Positions 11,520 through 22,237 of a stretch of DNA of 64,000 nt are shown in pieces (position 1 is the first letter of the stretch; every line of letters begins with the position of its first letter). The stretch spans positions 1 to 64,000 of the forward strand of contig JAVRCV020000053.1 of NCBI GenBank assembly GCA_034530615.2, given 5' to 3'. The stretch is from Aulosira sp. ZfuVER01 (GTDB lineage: Bacteria > Cyanobacteriota > Cyanobacteriia > Cyanobacteriales > Nostocaceae). The notes beneath the pieces are model-generated. The model worked only from the letters and a program-made list of their open reading frames with translations, was not told the DNA's origin and made no database searches. Both the position numbers and the translations under genes were made by a program.

Positions 11520-12567
11520 AATTCCCCACTCTATCTAATTCTGACAGCATTTGTTCTAGAAGATCTTCCATCATTTCCTGGTTCAAGGAATGCAAAACAG
11601 ATGGGCCACCAAGAAATTCGGTAATAGTTATTTTCTCTTCTCTAAATTCTTGCACAAAATCACGAATTTGACTAACAATATTTATTTGTACTTCTATTGT
11701 TTCTAACATCTGGTCAATAGAGTCAATACCTTTTTTAGCAGCTTTCCGATAATCCGATACCATTGCACCTTCAGGAGTGTTTTTCGCCTGACGCAGTTCC
11801 CGTTTTAAACTCTCATATTGAGTTTTAAGAATTTGATTCTGCTGTTCTAATGTCTTACATTTGCGAGTTAAATCATCCTCATTATTATTATCAATAAATT
11901 CTCCTAATTCATGCTGCTTTTCAATTTCTAAAAGTCTTGCTAAATCACCTTCTTGGTAGGCTTTATTAATTTCTTTCATAATTTCCGTATGGTACATTTG
12001 CGTTTCGCTATCTGTTACCTTATCCGGATGAAATATTTCAGCTAATCTCAAAAATGTCTGACGAATTTTTCTAGATTCATCTTTATTGATTACTTTATAA
12101 GAGGACAATTCTGATTGTCCTTCCCAATTTTCATGACGGTCTTTAGCACCTTGATAAAAATCATTATCTGACTGGAAATTACCGAAAATCTCGTCTAACT
12201 CTGGCTCATCTCGTTCGCGTTTTGGACTGATGATTCCTGCTAACTGAAGTTTACGGTAAACTGCCTGAATATTTTTCTCAGTTTGTTTACCAAAGTTTCT
12301 GGTAGCAAAAATCTCATCAAACAAAGCATGAATTTCTCGATCGAGATCTGCCATTTTTTTGAGGCTAGGAGTAGCTCGATGAAATATTTTTGTGGCTAGA
12401 GAACGCATTTGTTCAACAAAATTCTTCAGTTCCGTTCGCTTGCGTTTAATTTGCTTCAATAACGATTGATGTTCTTGATCTAGAGCCTCTAAGCGGATAT
12501 GTAGTTCAGACAGAGCCAGTGGTGTTGATTTTAGCGTGTCAGATGTAGATGAGGTTGGGCGCGGCAT
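11512..12567 (-). CDS. J-domain (DnaJ-type) coiled-coil protein
   Basis: RQTFLRLAEIFHPDK...MKEINKAY J-domain with intact HPD, flanked by coiled coils. Confidence 0.85.
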   Translation of the reverse strand: MPRPTSSTSDTLKSTPLALSELHIRLEALDQEHQSLLKQIKRKRTELKNFVEQMRSLATKIFHRATPSLKKMADLDREIHALFDEIFATRNFGKQTEKNIQAVYRKLQLAGIISPKRERDEPELDEIFGNFQSDNDFYQGAKDRHENWEGQSELSSYKVINKDESRKIRQTFLRLAEIFHPDKVTDSETQMYHTEIMKEINKAYQEGDLARLLEIEKQHELGEFIDNNNEDDLTRKCKTLEQQNQILKTQYESLKRELRQAKNTPEGAMVSDYRKAAKKGIDSIDQMLETIEVQINIVSQIRDFVQEFREEKITITEFLGGPSVLHSLNQEMMEDLLEQMLSELDRVGNFK

Positions 12568-12824
12568 AAAAGACTTAGAAAATGCTCTATAAATGATACA
12601 TGATTGGCGATCGCAAGCTACAAGCGAGGATGTAGAGGTGACGTAGCCAGGAACAATTTTACAAAAAATTCAGGATTAGTCTATGTTCGCTCTTTCCAGA
12701 ATTCTCTAGAGAGATGTTGTAGATATTTTTCAGATCGAGTACTATCTGACGAAATATAAATTCACCCATTGAATAATCCTAGAGGAGGTGATGGGGGAGA
12801 GGTTTTCCGTGCTATTAATGGTCA

Positions 12825-12958
12825 TACCAATTGTGATTGCAACAATTTGCCTCTTACCAACTTGCTATCAAAGGTAGTATATGTCATTGCGACCGGAACG
12901 CAGTGAAGGGAAGCAATCTCATTAATCTCAAACTATTACCACAGACTGCAACTTAGTA
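12825..12958. mobile_element. MITE-like element, TACCA family
   Basis: Ends TACCAATTG...CAACTTAGTA flanked by TCA direct repeats (12822-24, 12959-61); internal GTCATTGCG...GAAGCAATC REP-like motif. Confidence 0.7.
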
Positions 12959-13052
12959 TCAGGCTTTCATCTGCTAAGGGTAAACAATTTAACTTATTAG
13001 GTAAAGGTTCTTATATTTTCCTATCTACTGTAAATTAGGGAAACATATTTAT

Positions 13053-13256
13053 ATGTCGATCTGGTTATATATTGCACTATCTTCTTATCTTTTAGGGGCC
13101 ATAATCCAATGGCTGCAACTCAGCGATAAACTTCAAGAATTTGAGGAATATACTAACTTTCCTATTGTTTGGGCAGCAAATTTAGTCTCAAAATTTAGTT
13201 GCTTCCTTCAAGCTTTAATTTGGCCTTATAGCTTGCTAGTTGATAACGAGAGCTAA
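13053..13256 (+). CDS. Small hypothetical membrane protein
   Basis: 67-aa ORF with two hydrophobic segments and an LIWP motif. Confidence 0.6.
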   Translation: MSIWLYIALSSYLLGAIIQWLQLSDKLQEFEEYTNFPIVWAANLVSKFSCFLQALIWPYSLLVDNES

Positions 13257-13279
13257 TATTTTTTCATCGAATTCGCAAT

Positions 13280-14110
13280 TCATTCCTCAACCCATTGCCC
13301 AGGATCTACTTGATAGTAGCGTTGCAGCAACTCATATAATGCTGGATGCTTCTGTAGTAACTGATGAGGTTTCTCAAAGAACGTTTCAGTAGCTACAGCA
13401 AAAAACTCTGCTGGCTTTGTTGCACCATAGCTATCCATAACAGTTGTGACACCTTGTTGCACATCATTGCAGAGTTGCTGATATTCTGCTGTCATTACTT
13501 GCGCCCAAATCGGATAGTCTGATTTTTGTGGCAAAATCGGTACACCTTCCGCTTTCCCATCTTCTTGATCTAATTGATGGGCGAATTCATGTAGCACAAC
13601 GTTATGTCCATCCTTCCAGTTGTGAGTGTCTTGTTGCACCTGTTCCCAAGAAAGTACTACTTGATCCCGACTCCATGATTCTCCCAGTCTTGCTTCCCGC
13701 CTTTCTTCAATCACATAATCTCCAGTAGCTACGGTTTCATTTACCAAATAAGTGCTGGGATAAATCAAAATTGAACGCAGTTTTGAGAAGTATTCACCTC
13801 TCTCATTGAGTAGCAGCAAACAGGCAACAGATGCAATAGTTAATTTCATTTCTTCTGTGACTTGCAATCCTTTACAGCCAATGAACTGTTTTTCTGCCAA
13901 GAACACTTGAATATGTCCCTGAAGTCTTCGGCGTTCATCAGGAGTAAGTTTTAAGTAGATAGGAAGATTATTCTCGATAATTGCTTGCCAAAGTGGCGGA
14001 AAAGGACGATATTTAATGCGATTTCTTCGCTGTTTATTAAGTAGGGGGCTGATAAGAATACCAGTAACAATCAGCCCCAGGATGAGGAAAATAATAATTG
14101 TTGCGCCCAT
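13280..14110 (-). CDS. Zinc-dependent peptidase, M90/MtfA family
   Basis: NVVLHEFAHQLD HExxH motif, YGATKPAEFFAVATETFFE, N-terminal TM anchor. Confidence 0.9.
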   Translation of the reverse strand: MGATIIIFLILGLIVTGILISPLLNKQRRNRIKYRPFPPLWQAIIENNLPIYLKLTPDERRRLQGHIQVFLAEKQFIGCKGLQVTEEMKLTIASVACLLLLNERGEYFSKLRSILIYPSTYLVNETVATGDYVIEERREARLGESWSRDQVVLSWEQVQQDTHNWKDGHNVVLHEFAHQLDQEDGKAEGVPILPQKSDYPIWAQVMTAEYQQLCNDVQQGVTTVMDSYGATKPAEFFAVATETFFEKPHQLLQKHPALYELLQRYYQVDPGQWVEE

Positions 14111-14951
14111 TGATTTTTTGATAATCGCAATGTTACTGATTTTTCAGTATTTTTCTTACAAATATGTGAGGATTGCTACATAAAATCCTACTGTTGCTAC
14201 AACTAGATTGCGATCGCAATTTGACTAGTAAAAAGTAAAATTACACACTAGTAAAAGCATGAGTAATCTACCTTAGCACTACTTATACCAATAGTCAGTT
14301 TATTGCAGCAGTCAATTTATCTAACTGTCACAATACCGCTTAACCAACAATCAAAAAGGAACCTATAATACACAGCTTAGATACCCTGTTCAGCCATTGC
14401 TCATAGTAGTAGTCAAAAATCAGCTTTTAAATATATTGTCTTATCTGCATTTTATATAAAAAAAACAAATATCTCATTTGTTTGATTAGCTATTGGAATT
14501 GTGAAATCCCTTGACTAGCAAGTATTTTTGCCACTATGGCTGATGTCGCAAAAAATTCCAAACCTCACCATTACGCAGTTATTTCAAAAATTTAATAATT
14601 ATTTTATTTTGTTAGCAACCAGCTACTTATAGAGTAATTCTGCATTTACACACAGTGAGGATATTGAGAGCGAAATTTGCATATAAGTTTTGTTATGTTA
14701 CGCAGTTCAACCATATATATACATTCGTAAAATTTCTAATATTAATGCCCAAGAACATGAGTTATTAATAAAACCTATCTTTAGATGGATGAAATCAGGA
14801 ACGTTTATATTAGCAATAACGTCAATGCCCACTGTTGAGACTGTATCAAAGTCGAAACAACATAGACAAAGAGCCTATTGCTCATCGAACCTCTAAAAAT
14901 GGGATTTTATCCTCCCCCAAGCTAGCCCCTAAATTTCAGGTATGTTTACCC

Positions 14952-17900
14952 ATGGCCAACTTATCCGTTCACGATTCCCAACAACATCAGGCGCTGATTG
15001 AAGCTACAGACTGGAACGTTATTGAAACAGAATTCGATCCCGCCCAGCTGCATCATAAAGAGACAGTCTTTACCCTAAGTAACGGTTACTTAGGAACCAG
15101 AGGTAGTTTTGAGGAAGGCTATCCTCAGGATTCCGCAGCCACACTCATACACGGCTTGTATGACAAAGTAGCAATTGCTTATACAGAGCTTGTTAACTGT
15201 CCCAGCTGGTTGCCATTGATAATTAAAGTGGCAGGCGATCGCTTTAGTATGGACAGTGGTGAAATTCTCAACTACGAACGACGGCTAGACTTACGTTTAG
15301 GTATCCTAAGCCGTGATGTCCGTTGGCGTTCTCCCAAAGGACATACTCTAGATTTACACTTCGAGCGTTTTGCGAGTTTAGCAGATCAACACGTCCTAGC
15401 AATTCGCGCTCAGGTGACATCCTTAGACTTTGAAGGTGAAGTCAGTTTTGAAGTTGGGTTAGATACCGAACCTCAAACACAAGGCGTACCACATTGGAAA
15501 ACTCTCAATCAAGGTGGTGTAGAGCAGATTATCTGGCTGTATAACCAAACTCGCCACTCAGAAATTAAGCTAGGGATGGCAACTAAGTTAGTAGTAGAAG
15601 GTGAAAATCCACCACCTGTTAGCCTAGAAAATGCTGCTACTTCCCCCAGCTTAACAACAAGCTTCCAGCTCATACCAGGAAAAACCGTCACTGTAGAAAA
15701 GATTGTGACTGTATTTACCTCACGGGAAACAGAAATTCCCATTGCAGCAGCGCTACAGAGATTAGCCGATGAACCCCGCTACTCAACTCTCTTGGCAGCT
15801 CACATTGCAGCCTGGGAACAAGTATGGCAAGACAGTGACATTATTATTGAAGGCGATCGCCAAGCGCAGTTAAGTGTCCGTTACAATCTATTTCAATTAT
15901 TAGCTGTAGCACCGCGTCACGATGACCGTGTGAGTATTCCGCCCAAAACCTTATCGGGTTTTGCTTATCGCGGACATATATTTTGGGATACAGAAATTTT
16001 TATTCTTCCGTTCCTGACCTTAACTCAACCTGCCTTAGCACGTAACTTGCTCACCTATCGCTACCACACTTTACCAGGAGCTAGACGCAAAGCCCAAGAA
16101 GCGGGATATCAAGGAGCCATGTTTGCTTGGGAAAGTGCTGATACCGGTGATGAAGTGACTCCTCGCTGGGTTCCTCATGCTAGTGGTAACGGTGACTTAG
16201 TCAGAATCTGGTGCGGTGATATTGAAGTACATATCAACACCGATGTCGCCTATGCTGTTTGGCACTATTGGCAGAATACTGATGATGACGATTGGATGCG
16301 CGATTGTGGCGCGGAAATTATTTTAGATACAGCAGTTTTCTGGGAAAGTCGCGTTAATTGGAATCCAGAGCGTCACAGCTACGACATCTTAGATGTGATT
16401 GGCCCCGATGAAAACCACGATCGCGTCAATAATAACGCCTTCACTAATTTAATGGTGCAGTGGCATTTGCAATCTGCTTTAGCGCTTTGGGATTGGATGA
16501 AGCAAGCCTATCCAGAAAAATCTGTACAACTAGCCCAACAACTCAACTTAACCACAGAACGTTTGCATCAATGGGCGGATATTCAAGAGCGTCTATATGT
16601 AAATGAGGAGAAATCAACTGGCTTAATTGAGCAGTTTGAAGGCTTTTACCAACTTGAAGAAGTCAATCTCGATGACTACGAACCACGTAGCAAATCCTTA
16701 CAAGGTTTGTTGGGAATTGAGGCGACAAACGAAAAGCAGATTCTCAAACAGCCAGATGTATTGATGCTGCTCTATTTGCTCCGAGAGCGCTATGACTATA
16801 AAACCCTAGCTACCAACTGGGATTATTACGCCAAGCGCACCGATCATACCTACGGTTCCTCTCTTGGTCCAGCAATTCATGCGATCTTAGCCTGCGACCT
16901 CAATCAACCAACCCACGCCTACACTCACTTTCTCCGGTCAGCTTTGGTAGACTTAGAAGATGTCAGGCGTAATGCAGCCGAAGGAATTCACGCCGCAAGT
17001 GCTGGAGGAGTTTGGCAGGCTGTGGTATTTGGGTTTGGTGGCATTAGGATGACTCAATTTGGCCCTGTTGCCTGTCCTAATTTACCTCCTAGTTGGAAAC
17101 GCTTGAAATTCCGGCTGCAATGGCGCAACGAATGGTATGACTTCGACTTGCGACAAGAAACAGAAATGGAAATTGCTAACAAACAAGCAGATGTCAATCT
17201 GCAAACTGCACACCCACAAATTAAGGGTGTCATCTTTGACTTAGATGGTGTGTTAACAGATACGTCTGAGTTGCACTATTTAGGGTGGAAGCGCGTAGCC
17301 GATGAAGAAGGCATTCCCTTTGACCGAGAAGCCAATGACGCCATCAGAGGATTACCTCGTCGAGAAACGCTACTCCAAATTTTAGGCGATCGCCCTGTCA
17401 CTGAAGAGAAAATTCAGGAAATGATGGAGCGTAAAAATGATTACTTCCTAGAATTAATTCAGGAAATTACCTCAGACGATTTGCTTCCTGGAGTAGAAAG
17501 CTTGCTACAGGAACTACGCACTGCTGGAATCAAAGTAGCTTTGGGTTCATCCAGTAAAAATGCCCAGACAGTAATTCAACGCTTGGGTATCAAGGATAAA
17601 TTCGATGCCATAGCCGATGGCTACAGCGTCTCCCAACCCAAACCCGCACCAGACCTCTTTCTATTTGCTGCCCAACAAATCGGCATTTCACCATCTCAGT
17701 GTGTTGTTGTAGAAGATGCCACAGCCGGGATCGAAGCAGCTAGATCCGCTGGAATGTGGTCTGTAGGGCTAGGGCCAGTAGAGCGCTTGGGTAAAGCTAA
17801 TGTAGTATTACCCAGTCTCGAAAGAGTAACTTGGCAAGACTTGCAACAGCAAATAGCCCATAGCGAAACAGCCGCAGTATTAGTAGAAGCGATGGTTTGA
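14952..17900 (+). CDS. GH65 sugar phosphorylase (kojibiose/maltose/trehalose phosphorylase-like) fused to beta-phosphoglucomutase
   Basis: NGYLGTRGSFEE, GHIFWDTE, GPDE, KQPD and GSSL GH65 motifs; C-terminal HAD FDLDGV, KPAPD, VEDA; start placed at ATG 14952. Confidence 0.9.
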   Translation: MANLSVHDSQQHQALIEATDWNVIETEFDPAQLHHKETVFTLSNGYLGTRGSFEEGYPQDSAATLIHGLYDKVAIAYTELVNCPSWLPLIIKVAGDRFSMDSGEILNYERRLDLRLGILSRDVRWRSPKGHTLDLHFERFASLADQHVLAIRAQVTSLDFEGEVSFEVGLDTEPQTQGVPHWKTLNQGGVEQIIWLYNQTRHSEIKLGMATKLVVEGENPPPVSLENAATSPSLTTSFQLIPGKTVTVEKIVTVFTSRETEIPIAAALQRLADEPRYSTLLAAHIAAWEQVWQDSDIIIEGDRQAQLSVRYNLFQLLAVAPRHDDRVSIPPKTLSGFAYRGHIFWDTEIFILPFLTLTQPALARNLLTYRYHTLPGARRKAQEAGYQGAMFAWESADTGDEVTPRWVPHASGNGDLVRIWCGDIEVHINTDVAYAVWHYWQNTDDDDWMRDCGAEIILDTAVFWESRVNWNPERHSYDILDVIGPDENHDRVNNNAFTNLMVQWHLQSALALWDWMKQAYPEKSVQLAQQLNLTTERLHQWADIQERLYVNEEKSTGLIEQFEGFYQLEEVNLDDYEPRSKSLQGLLGIEATNEKQILKQPDVLMLLYLLRERYDYKTLATNWDYYAKRTDHTYGSSLGPAIHAILACDLNQPTHAYTHFLRSALVDLEDVRRNAAEGIHAASAGGVWQAVVFGFGGIRMTQFGPVACPNLPPSWKRLKFRLQWRNEWYDFDLRQETEMEIANKQADVNLQTAHPQIKGVIFDLDGVLTDTSELHYLGWKRVADEEGIPFDREANDAIRGLPRRETLLQILGDRPVTEEKIQEMMERKNDYFLELIQEITSDDLLPGVESLLQELRTAGIKVALGSSSKNAQTVIQRLGIKDKFDAIADGYSVSQPKPAPDLFLFAAQQIGISPSQCVVVEDATAGIEAARSAGMWSVGLGPVERLGKANVVLPSLERVTWQDLQQQIAHSETAAVLVEAMV

Positions 17901-17924
17901 AGATTCAGTGTTTTGAGTAATGGA

Positions 17925-17990
17925 TAAGGGTTTAGCATTGCTAAACCCCTGCGGAAAATCTATCTGTATCAGGATTTTTGTTAATTAGTA
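17925..17990 (-). repeat. Partial TACCA-family element with REP-like palindrome AGGGTTTAGCA-T-TGCTAAACCC
   Basis: Reverse-complement similarity to 60552-60621. Confidence 0.65.
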
Positions 17991-18037
17991 TCACTCATTT
18001 CTCAGAACTCAGCATCAATAAGGCAACTCATTTTTTA

Positions 18038-18063
18038 TCCCACTCTTTTTAGGGTGGGATTTT
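18038..18063 (+). terminator. Rho-independent terminator-like hairpin
   Basis: ATCCCACTCT-TTTT-AGGGTGGGAT followed by TTT, downstream of the GH65 gene. Confidence 0.6.
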
Positions 18064-18255
18064 GCTTGCAACCAGTTTCTGGAAGTGGATGAGGGAGATC
18101 AAGGAAGCAGGGGACAGGACGAAGGGGGACAAGGAAGCAAAAAAGAAATAACTAATGACTATTGCCTATTGCTTTTTGACACTTGACTCTTGACCAATGC
18201 CCAATGCTCAGTGTGAACAAATGTAACAATATTGCCGTCAAAACGTTTTGCTGTC

Positions 18256-18284
18256 TTGACAAGCCAGGGGGGAACCGATAACGT
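18256..18284 (+). promoter_or_regulatory. Sigma70-type promoter of the RHH-ycf46-ycf35 operon
   Basis: TTGACA-N17-TAACGT, 36 bp upstream of ATG 18321. Confidence 0.65.
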
Positions 18285-18320
18285 AATATACATACCCGGG
18301 TAAGGCCGCCAAAGAGTTAT

Positions 18321-18668
18321 ATGCAAACTAAGCAAAAGGTTACTTTGTATTTGTCACCAGAACTGCACAGAAGGCTGAAGATTCGTTCAGCAGTTGATTC
18401 TGAGCCAATGTCAGATCTTGCCGAACGTGCCCTATTTTTTTACTTATCTAATTCAGAATTAGTTGAGGAAATTGAAGCTTCTTCTTATGGGAGAACTCAT
18501 AGAGTATATTCTTGTCCCGAATGTGAAAGTTCGCTGGTGCTAAGAGATGGAGAACTAATTACCTTAAATAATCAACCAGGGGTAATTGGTCAACAAGATA
18601 TTTCCATTGATGAAATGGATGAAGAAAAAACCCATCCTATGGGTGAGGAAGAATTAGTCCCTTGCTAG
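18321..18668 (+). CDS. Ribbon-helix-helix domain protein with CxxC motif
   Basis: KVTLYLSPELHRRLKIRSAVDSEPMSDLAERAL RHH pattern, CPEC; first gene of the ycf46 operon. Confidence 0.85.
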   Translation: MQTKQKVTLYLSPELHRRLKIRSAVDSEPMSDLAERALFFYLSNSELVEEIEASSYGRTHRVYSCPECESSLVLRDGELITLNNQPGVIGQQDISIDEMDEEKTHPMGEEELVPC

Positions 18669-18758
18669 ATATGAATTATGAATAACTAAATTCATAATTC
18701 CCTCGTCGTTACCATCAAAACGATGTCTGTACTGTACTAAGGTCTCAAGTAGGTCGAT

Positions 18759-20279
18759 ATGAAAGAAGAGCTCAATATTCTAATTCAAGCTCAATACCCT
18801 CTAATCTACCTTGTGACCTCCGAGGAAGAGCGGGCTGAGCAGGCAATCTCCACCATCGCCCAGTTATTAAAGCCCCAACGCCGAGTATTTGTTTGGACAG
18901 TAACTCATGGCATCGTGGAGTATGGTCAACCCCGGAATGTGACCCAACACAATACTGTTTCTCCAGAGGCAGCAATTGAGTGGATTATCCGGCATAAAGA
19001 ACCCGGTATATTTATTCTTAAAGATTTACATCCATTTATAGATGCACCTGCGACAGCGAGATCGTTACGAGATGCGATCGCTAGTTTTAAAGTTTCGCAT
19101 GGTACACCGAAAAACATTATTTTAATGTCGCCGGTTCAACAAGTACCCATCGAATTGGAAAAGGAAGTTGTCGTTCTCGACTTTCAATTACCAGACATGA
19201 CTGAGTTAAATAAAGTTTTAACTCACCATTTAGATCAGAATCGTGGGCGACGGTTGACAACAGAGGCGAGAGAAAAGCTTCTTAGAGCTGCCTTGGGTTT
19301 AACTAAAGACGAAGCTGAAAAAGTCTATCGTAAGGCACAGGTAACTACAGGGCGTTTGACGGAAGATGAAGTAGATATAGTTTTATCAGAGAAGAAACAG
19401 CTAATTCGGCGCAATGGGATATTAGAGTACATCGAAGAAGACGAAACCATTGATGCTGTAGGTGGCTTAGAAGAGCTGAAAAAGTGGCTCAAGCAACGCT
19501 CTAATGCTTTTACGGAAAAAGCTAGGGAGTACGGTCTACCTCAACCGAAAGGGATGCTAATACTAGGAGTTCCAGGTTGTGGTAAATCGCTGATTGCGAA
19601 AACTACTTCTCGACTTTGGGGATTACCAATTTTACGCTTAGATATGGGTAGAGTTTACGACGGCTCAATGGTGGGTCGAAGTGAAGCCAACCTGCGTAAT
19701 GCCCTCAAAACAGCAGAATCAATTTCTCCAACGATTCTGTTTATTGACGAGTTGGATAAATCCTTTGCTGGTAGTGCTGGTTCTGGTGATTCAGATGGTG
19801 GTACTTCCAGTCGGATATTCGGTTCTTTCCTGACCTGGATGCAAGAGAAAAAATCTCCGGTGTTCGTAATGGCTACCGCTAACAGAGTGGAACGCTTGCC
19901 TGGAGAATTCTTGAGAAAAGGTCGTTTTGATGAAATTTTCTTTGTGGATCTGCCCACACCTGAAGAACGTCAGGATATTTTTAACATCCACCTGACGAAG
20001 CGTCGTGAAGACATCTCTAGGTTCGATTTAGGACAATTAGCTAAGATGTCCGATGGCTTTTCTGGGGCAGAAATTGAACAAGCGATTGTTGCGGCAATGT
20101 ACGAAGCTTTTGCCCAAGAGCGTGAGTTCACCCAATTAGATATTATTGCTGCGCTGAAGTCAACACTGCCGTTGTCTCGAACGATGCAAGAACAGGTCAC
20201 AGCTTTAAGAGACTGGGCCAGACAGCGTGCTAGACCCGCAGCATCCTCCGTTGCTGAATATCAGCGAATGGAGTTTTAA
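18759..20279 (+). CDS. ycf46: AAA ATPase, Ycf46 family
   Basis: Walker A GVPGCGKS, Walker B LFIDE, SRH LRKGRFDE, typical N-terminus YPLIYLVTSEEER. Confidence 0.9.
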   Translation: MKEELNILIQAQYPLIYLVTSEEERAEQAISTIAQLLKPQRRVFVWTVTHGIVEYGQPRNVTQHNTVSPEAAIEWIIRHKEPGIFILKDLHPFIDAPATARSLRDAIASFKVSHGTPKNIILMSPVQQVPIELEKEVVVLDFQLPDMTELNKVLTHHLDQNRGRRLTTEAREKLLRAALGLTKDEAEKVYRKAQVTTGRLTEDEVDIVLSEKKQLIRRNGILEYIEEDETIDAVGGLEELKKWLKQRSNAFTEKAREYGLPQPKGMLILGVPGCGKSLIAKTTSRLWGLPILRLDMGRVYDGSMVGRSEANLRNALKTAESISPTILFIDELDKSFAGSAGSGDSDGGTSSRIFGSFLTWMQEKKSPVFVMATANRVERLPGEFLRKGRFDEIFFVDLPTPEERQDIFNIHLTKRREDISRFDLGQLAKMSDGFSGAEIEQAIVAAMYEAFAQEREFTQLDIIAALKSTLPLSRTMQEQVTALRDWARQRARPAASSVAEYQRMEF

Positions 20280-20423
20280 AAGCTTTCTCCTGCTAACCCA
20301 GGGGGAAAGGCTAGCAATAAATGCTAGCAGTTATAGAAAAAAGCCGCTTTTAATTTAAGCGCGGCTTCCCCAAAAACAAACCGTTGTCGTTTTTTCTCAA
20401 TCTTCTCTTTGGAGGAAACCCAA

Positions 20424-20774
20424 ATGTCTCACTTTAGCACTCTGCGCACCAAGATCACCGATGCAGAAATCCTCAAAGCATCCTTGCGCGACCTAGGTAT
20501 CAGCGTGAAGACTGAAGCTGATGTCCGTGGTTATAACGGTCAGCGTGTACGTTCTGACATCGTTGCCGTGTTGGAAGGCGAATATGACCTCGGTTGGTCT
20601 CGCAACAGCGATGGTTCTTTTGACCTTATTGCTGACCTGTGGGGCGTAGCTAAGAAACACAATCAAACTGAGTTGATCAACTCTATCAACCAAAAATATG
20701 CAGTTAACAAGACCTTGGCTGAAGTAAAACAGCGCGGTCTGCAAAATGCCAACGTCAAGTTGGTATTGCAATAG
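20424..20774 (+). CDS. ycf35: DUF1257/Ycf35 family protein
   Basis: MSHFSTLRTKI...DLIADLW motifs, GGAGG RBS, position after ycf46. Confidence 0.9.
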   Translation: MSHFSTLRTKITDAEILKASLRDLGISVKTEADVRGYNGQRVRSDIVAVLEGEYDLGWSRNSDGSFDLIADLWGVAKKHNQTELINSINQKYAVNKTLAEVKQRGLQNANVKLVLQ

Positions 20775-20803
20775 TAATTTCTCTGCGCGTTCCCAAAGCT
20801 GCA

Positions 20804-20842
20804 CGGGCTAACCATGTAAATAGCGGTTAGCCCGCTTTTTTT
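20804..20842 (+). terminator. Rho-independent terminator
   Basis: CGGGCTAACC/GGTTAGCCCG stem followed by a T run. Confidence 0.85.
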
Positions 20843-20878
20843 GGATTAAGCCTTTGTCAACAGTCAACTTTTAACGTA

Positions 20879-20913
20879 AAGTCCCCTGTACTGGATTCAG
20901 TCAGGGGATTTTT
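20879..20913. terminator. Terminator-like hairpin, likely for the minus-strand small ORF
   Basis: TCCCCTG...CAGGGGA stem with A and T flanks. Confidence 0.6.
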
Positions 20914-20964
20914 GTGTCATTTATGCTTGACAATATTACGTGCATCTGTAACGTTTTAAGAAAG

Positions 20965-21162
20965 CTAATGTCCTAAATTTTTAAGTTTCCATTTCATATA
21001 TGCCTCAATTGAAGGAAAGTATTTGATAATCCCATCTAATCCTTCTGGTCTTCCCTTAAGATAAGCCTCCAAATAAATAGAATCCTGCATTTTTGGTAAA
21101 AATCCAGCATCGCGATCGCGACAACCTTGTTGATAACGAATTTCTCTTAAGTGATTTAGCAT
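20965..21162 (-). CDS. Small hypothetical protein
   Basis: 65-aa ATG ORF with protein-like composition and a hairpin downstream. Confidence 0.65.
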   Translation of the reverse strand: MLNHLREIRYQQGCRDRDAGFLPKMQDSIYLEAYLKGRPEGLDGIIKYFPSIEAYMKWKLKNLGH

Positions 21163-21525
21163 ATAAATACATCCATTTATTAAATATCTATCAAGCTCTT
21201 ACTTATACTCTATGCATTCCGCTTGATAGTAGCAAATACTCATTTTTTTCAAACTAATAACTACAAGTTATTGATAATACGTAAATTAATTGATGAAAAA
21301 TTGTACCCTACTAATCAATCAGAGCGCTCATCAACTTTCAGTCAACCAAATAGCGATTGTCTCATTTCTCAGAATTTGCGATCGCAAATGGTAATAGCAT
21401 TGACTCATCCTTGCCTCATCAACTCAATCGCTTTTAGGCTTGGTTTTACTGCAAATTTTAAAATTATTACCAAATGTAAAGATATAGTATGCTACATTTT
21501 GGTCTCCAAACTTAAGTCCAAAGTC

Positions 21526-22023
21526 ATGAGAAAAAACTTTATAGCATTACTATTTGGTGGAATGTTTGTCAGCGTAGGACTGTCACCATTGTTAGCTCAA
21601 GCACAACAGCAAATTTCTGATCCTCAAGTTGCAGCTATGGTTGAAGCATTGCGACAAGCTGCACCGCAAACAGGCTCTCAAAACGATGGGCTATACAGCC
21701 AATGGCAAATCAAACCAGAAACCCTCAAAGGGTGGTCAAAAACTTGTCTCAAAAAAGAGCTAACACCAACACAGTTTGAAAATAGTCCCACGACAGCACG
21801 CCAAGTTGTTTCGTGCATCACGCGCTGGGAGTTAAACCAGCAGTTCCGTGCTAGCAACAATAATGAAACTGTGGCTGTACGTGGCGTAGCTTGTTGGTGG
21901 ATGACTGGGAACTATCAAGGTTGTGACAGTGGCTTCACCGCTACCTATGTGCAAAAAGTGGTCAAATTGTACCAACAGCAGCGTTCAAAACCGGCTACTA
22001 GTTCATCATCACCGCGATCGTAA
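21526..22023 (+). CDS. Secreted hypothetical protein
   Basis: ATG 21526 gives a signal peptide (MRKNF...LAQAQ); four Cys. Confidence 0.75.
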   Translation: MRKNFIALLFGGMFVSVGLSPLLAQAQQQISDPQVAAMVEALRQAAPQTGSQNDGLYSQWQIKPETLKGWSKTCLKKELTPTQFENSPTTARQVVSCITRWELNQQFRASNNNETVAVRGVACWWMTGNYQGCDSGFTATYVQKVVKLYQQQRSKPATSSSSPRS

Positions 22024-22066
22024 GTTTTTCTAACGCTGTTTTATAACTCTGAATACAAGAAAAAAT

Positions 22067-22237
22067 GTAGGTTGGGAAGCCAGTGTGGTGAGGGTTTCCC
22101 CCGTTCAAGCAACTGGCGTTTGAACAAAATGAAACCCAACAAAACCAAGGATTTTTCGTTTTGGGTTTCGTTCCTCAAATGCCACTTCACTCAAGTCAAA
22201 AAACCCGCCCAAGTGAGTGACTCCTCAACCAATTTAT
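22067..22237. repeat. REP-like inverted pair (GTAGGTTGGG...GAAACCCAAC / TTGGGTTTCGTTCCTCAA) with two nested small inserts
   Basis: Inserts at about 22078-22119 and 22179-22225; CCTCAA is duplicated around the second. Confidence 0.7.

Noticed and set aside
14284..14500. Another TACCA-family element starting TTA-TACCAATAG
   Set aside because: No convincing right end with a matching duplication
14835..14951. N-terminal extensions from TTG starts in the ORF track (also 21223, 29968, 36071, 50079)
   Set aside because: Downstream ATG starts fit domain boundaries, signal peptides or RBS better
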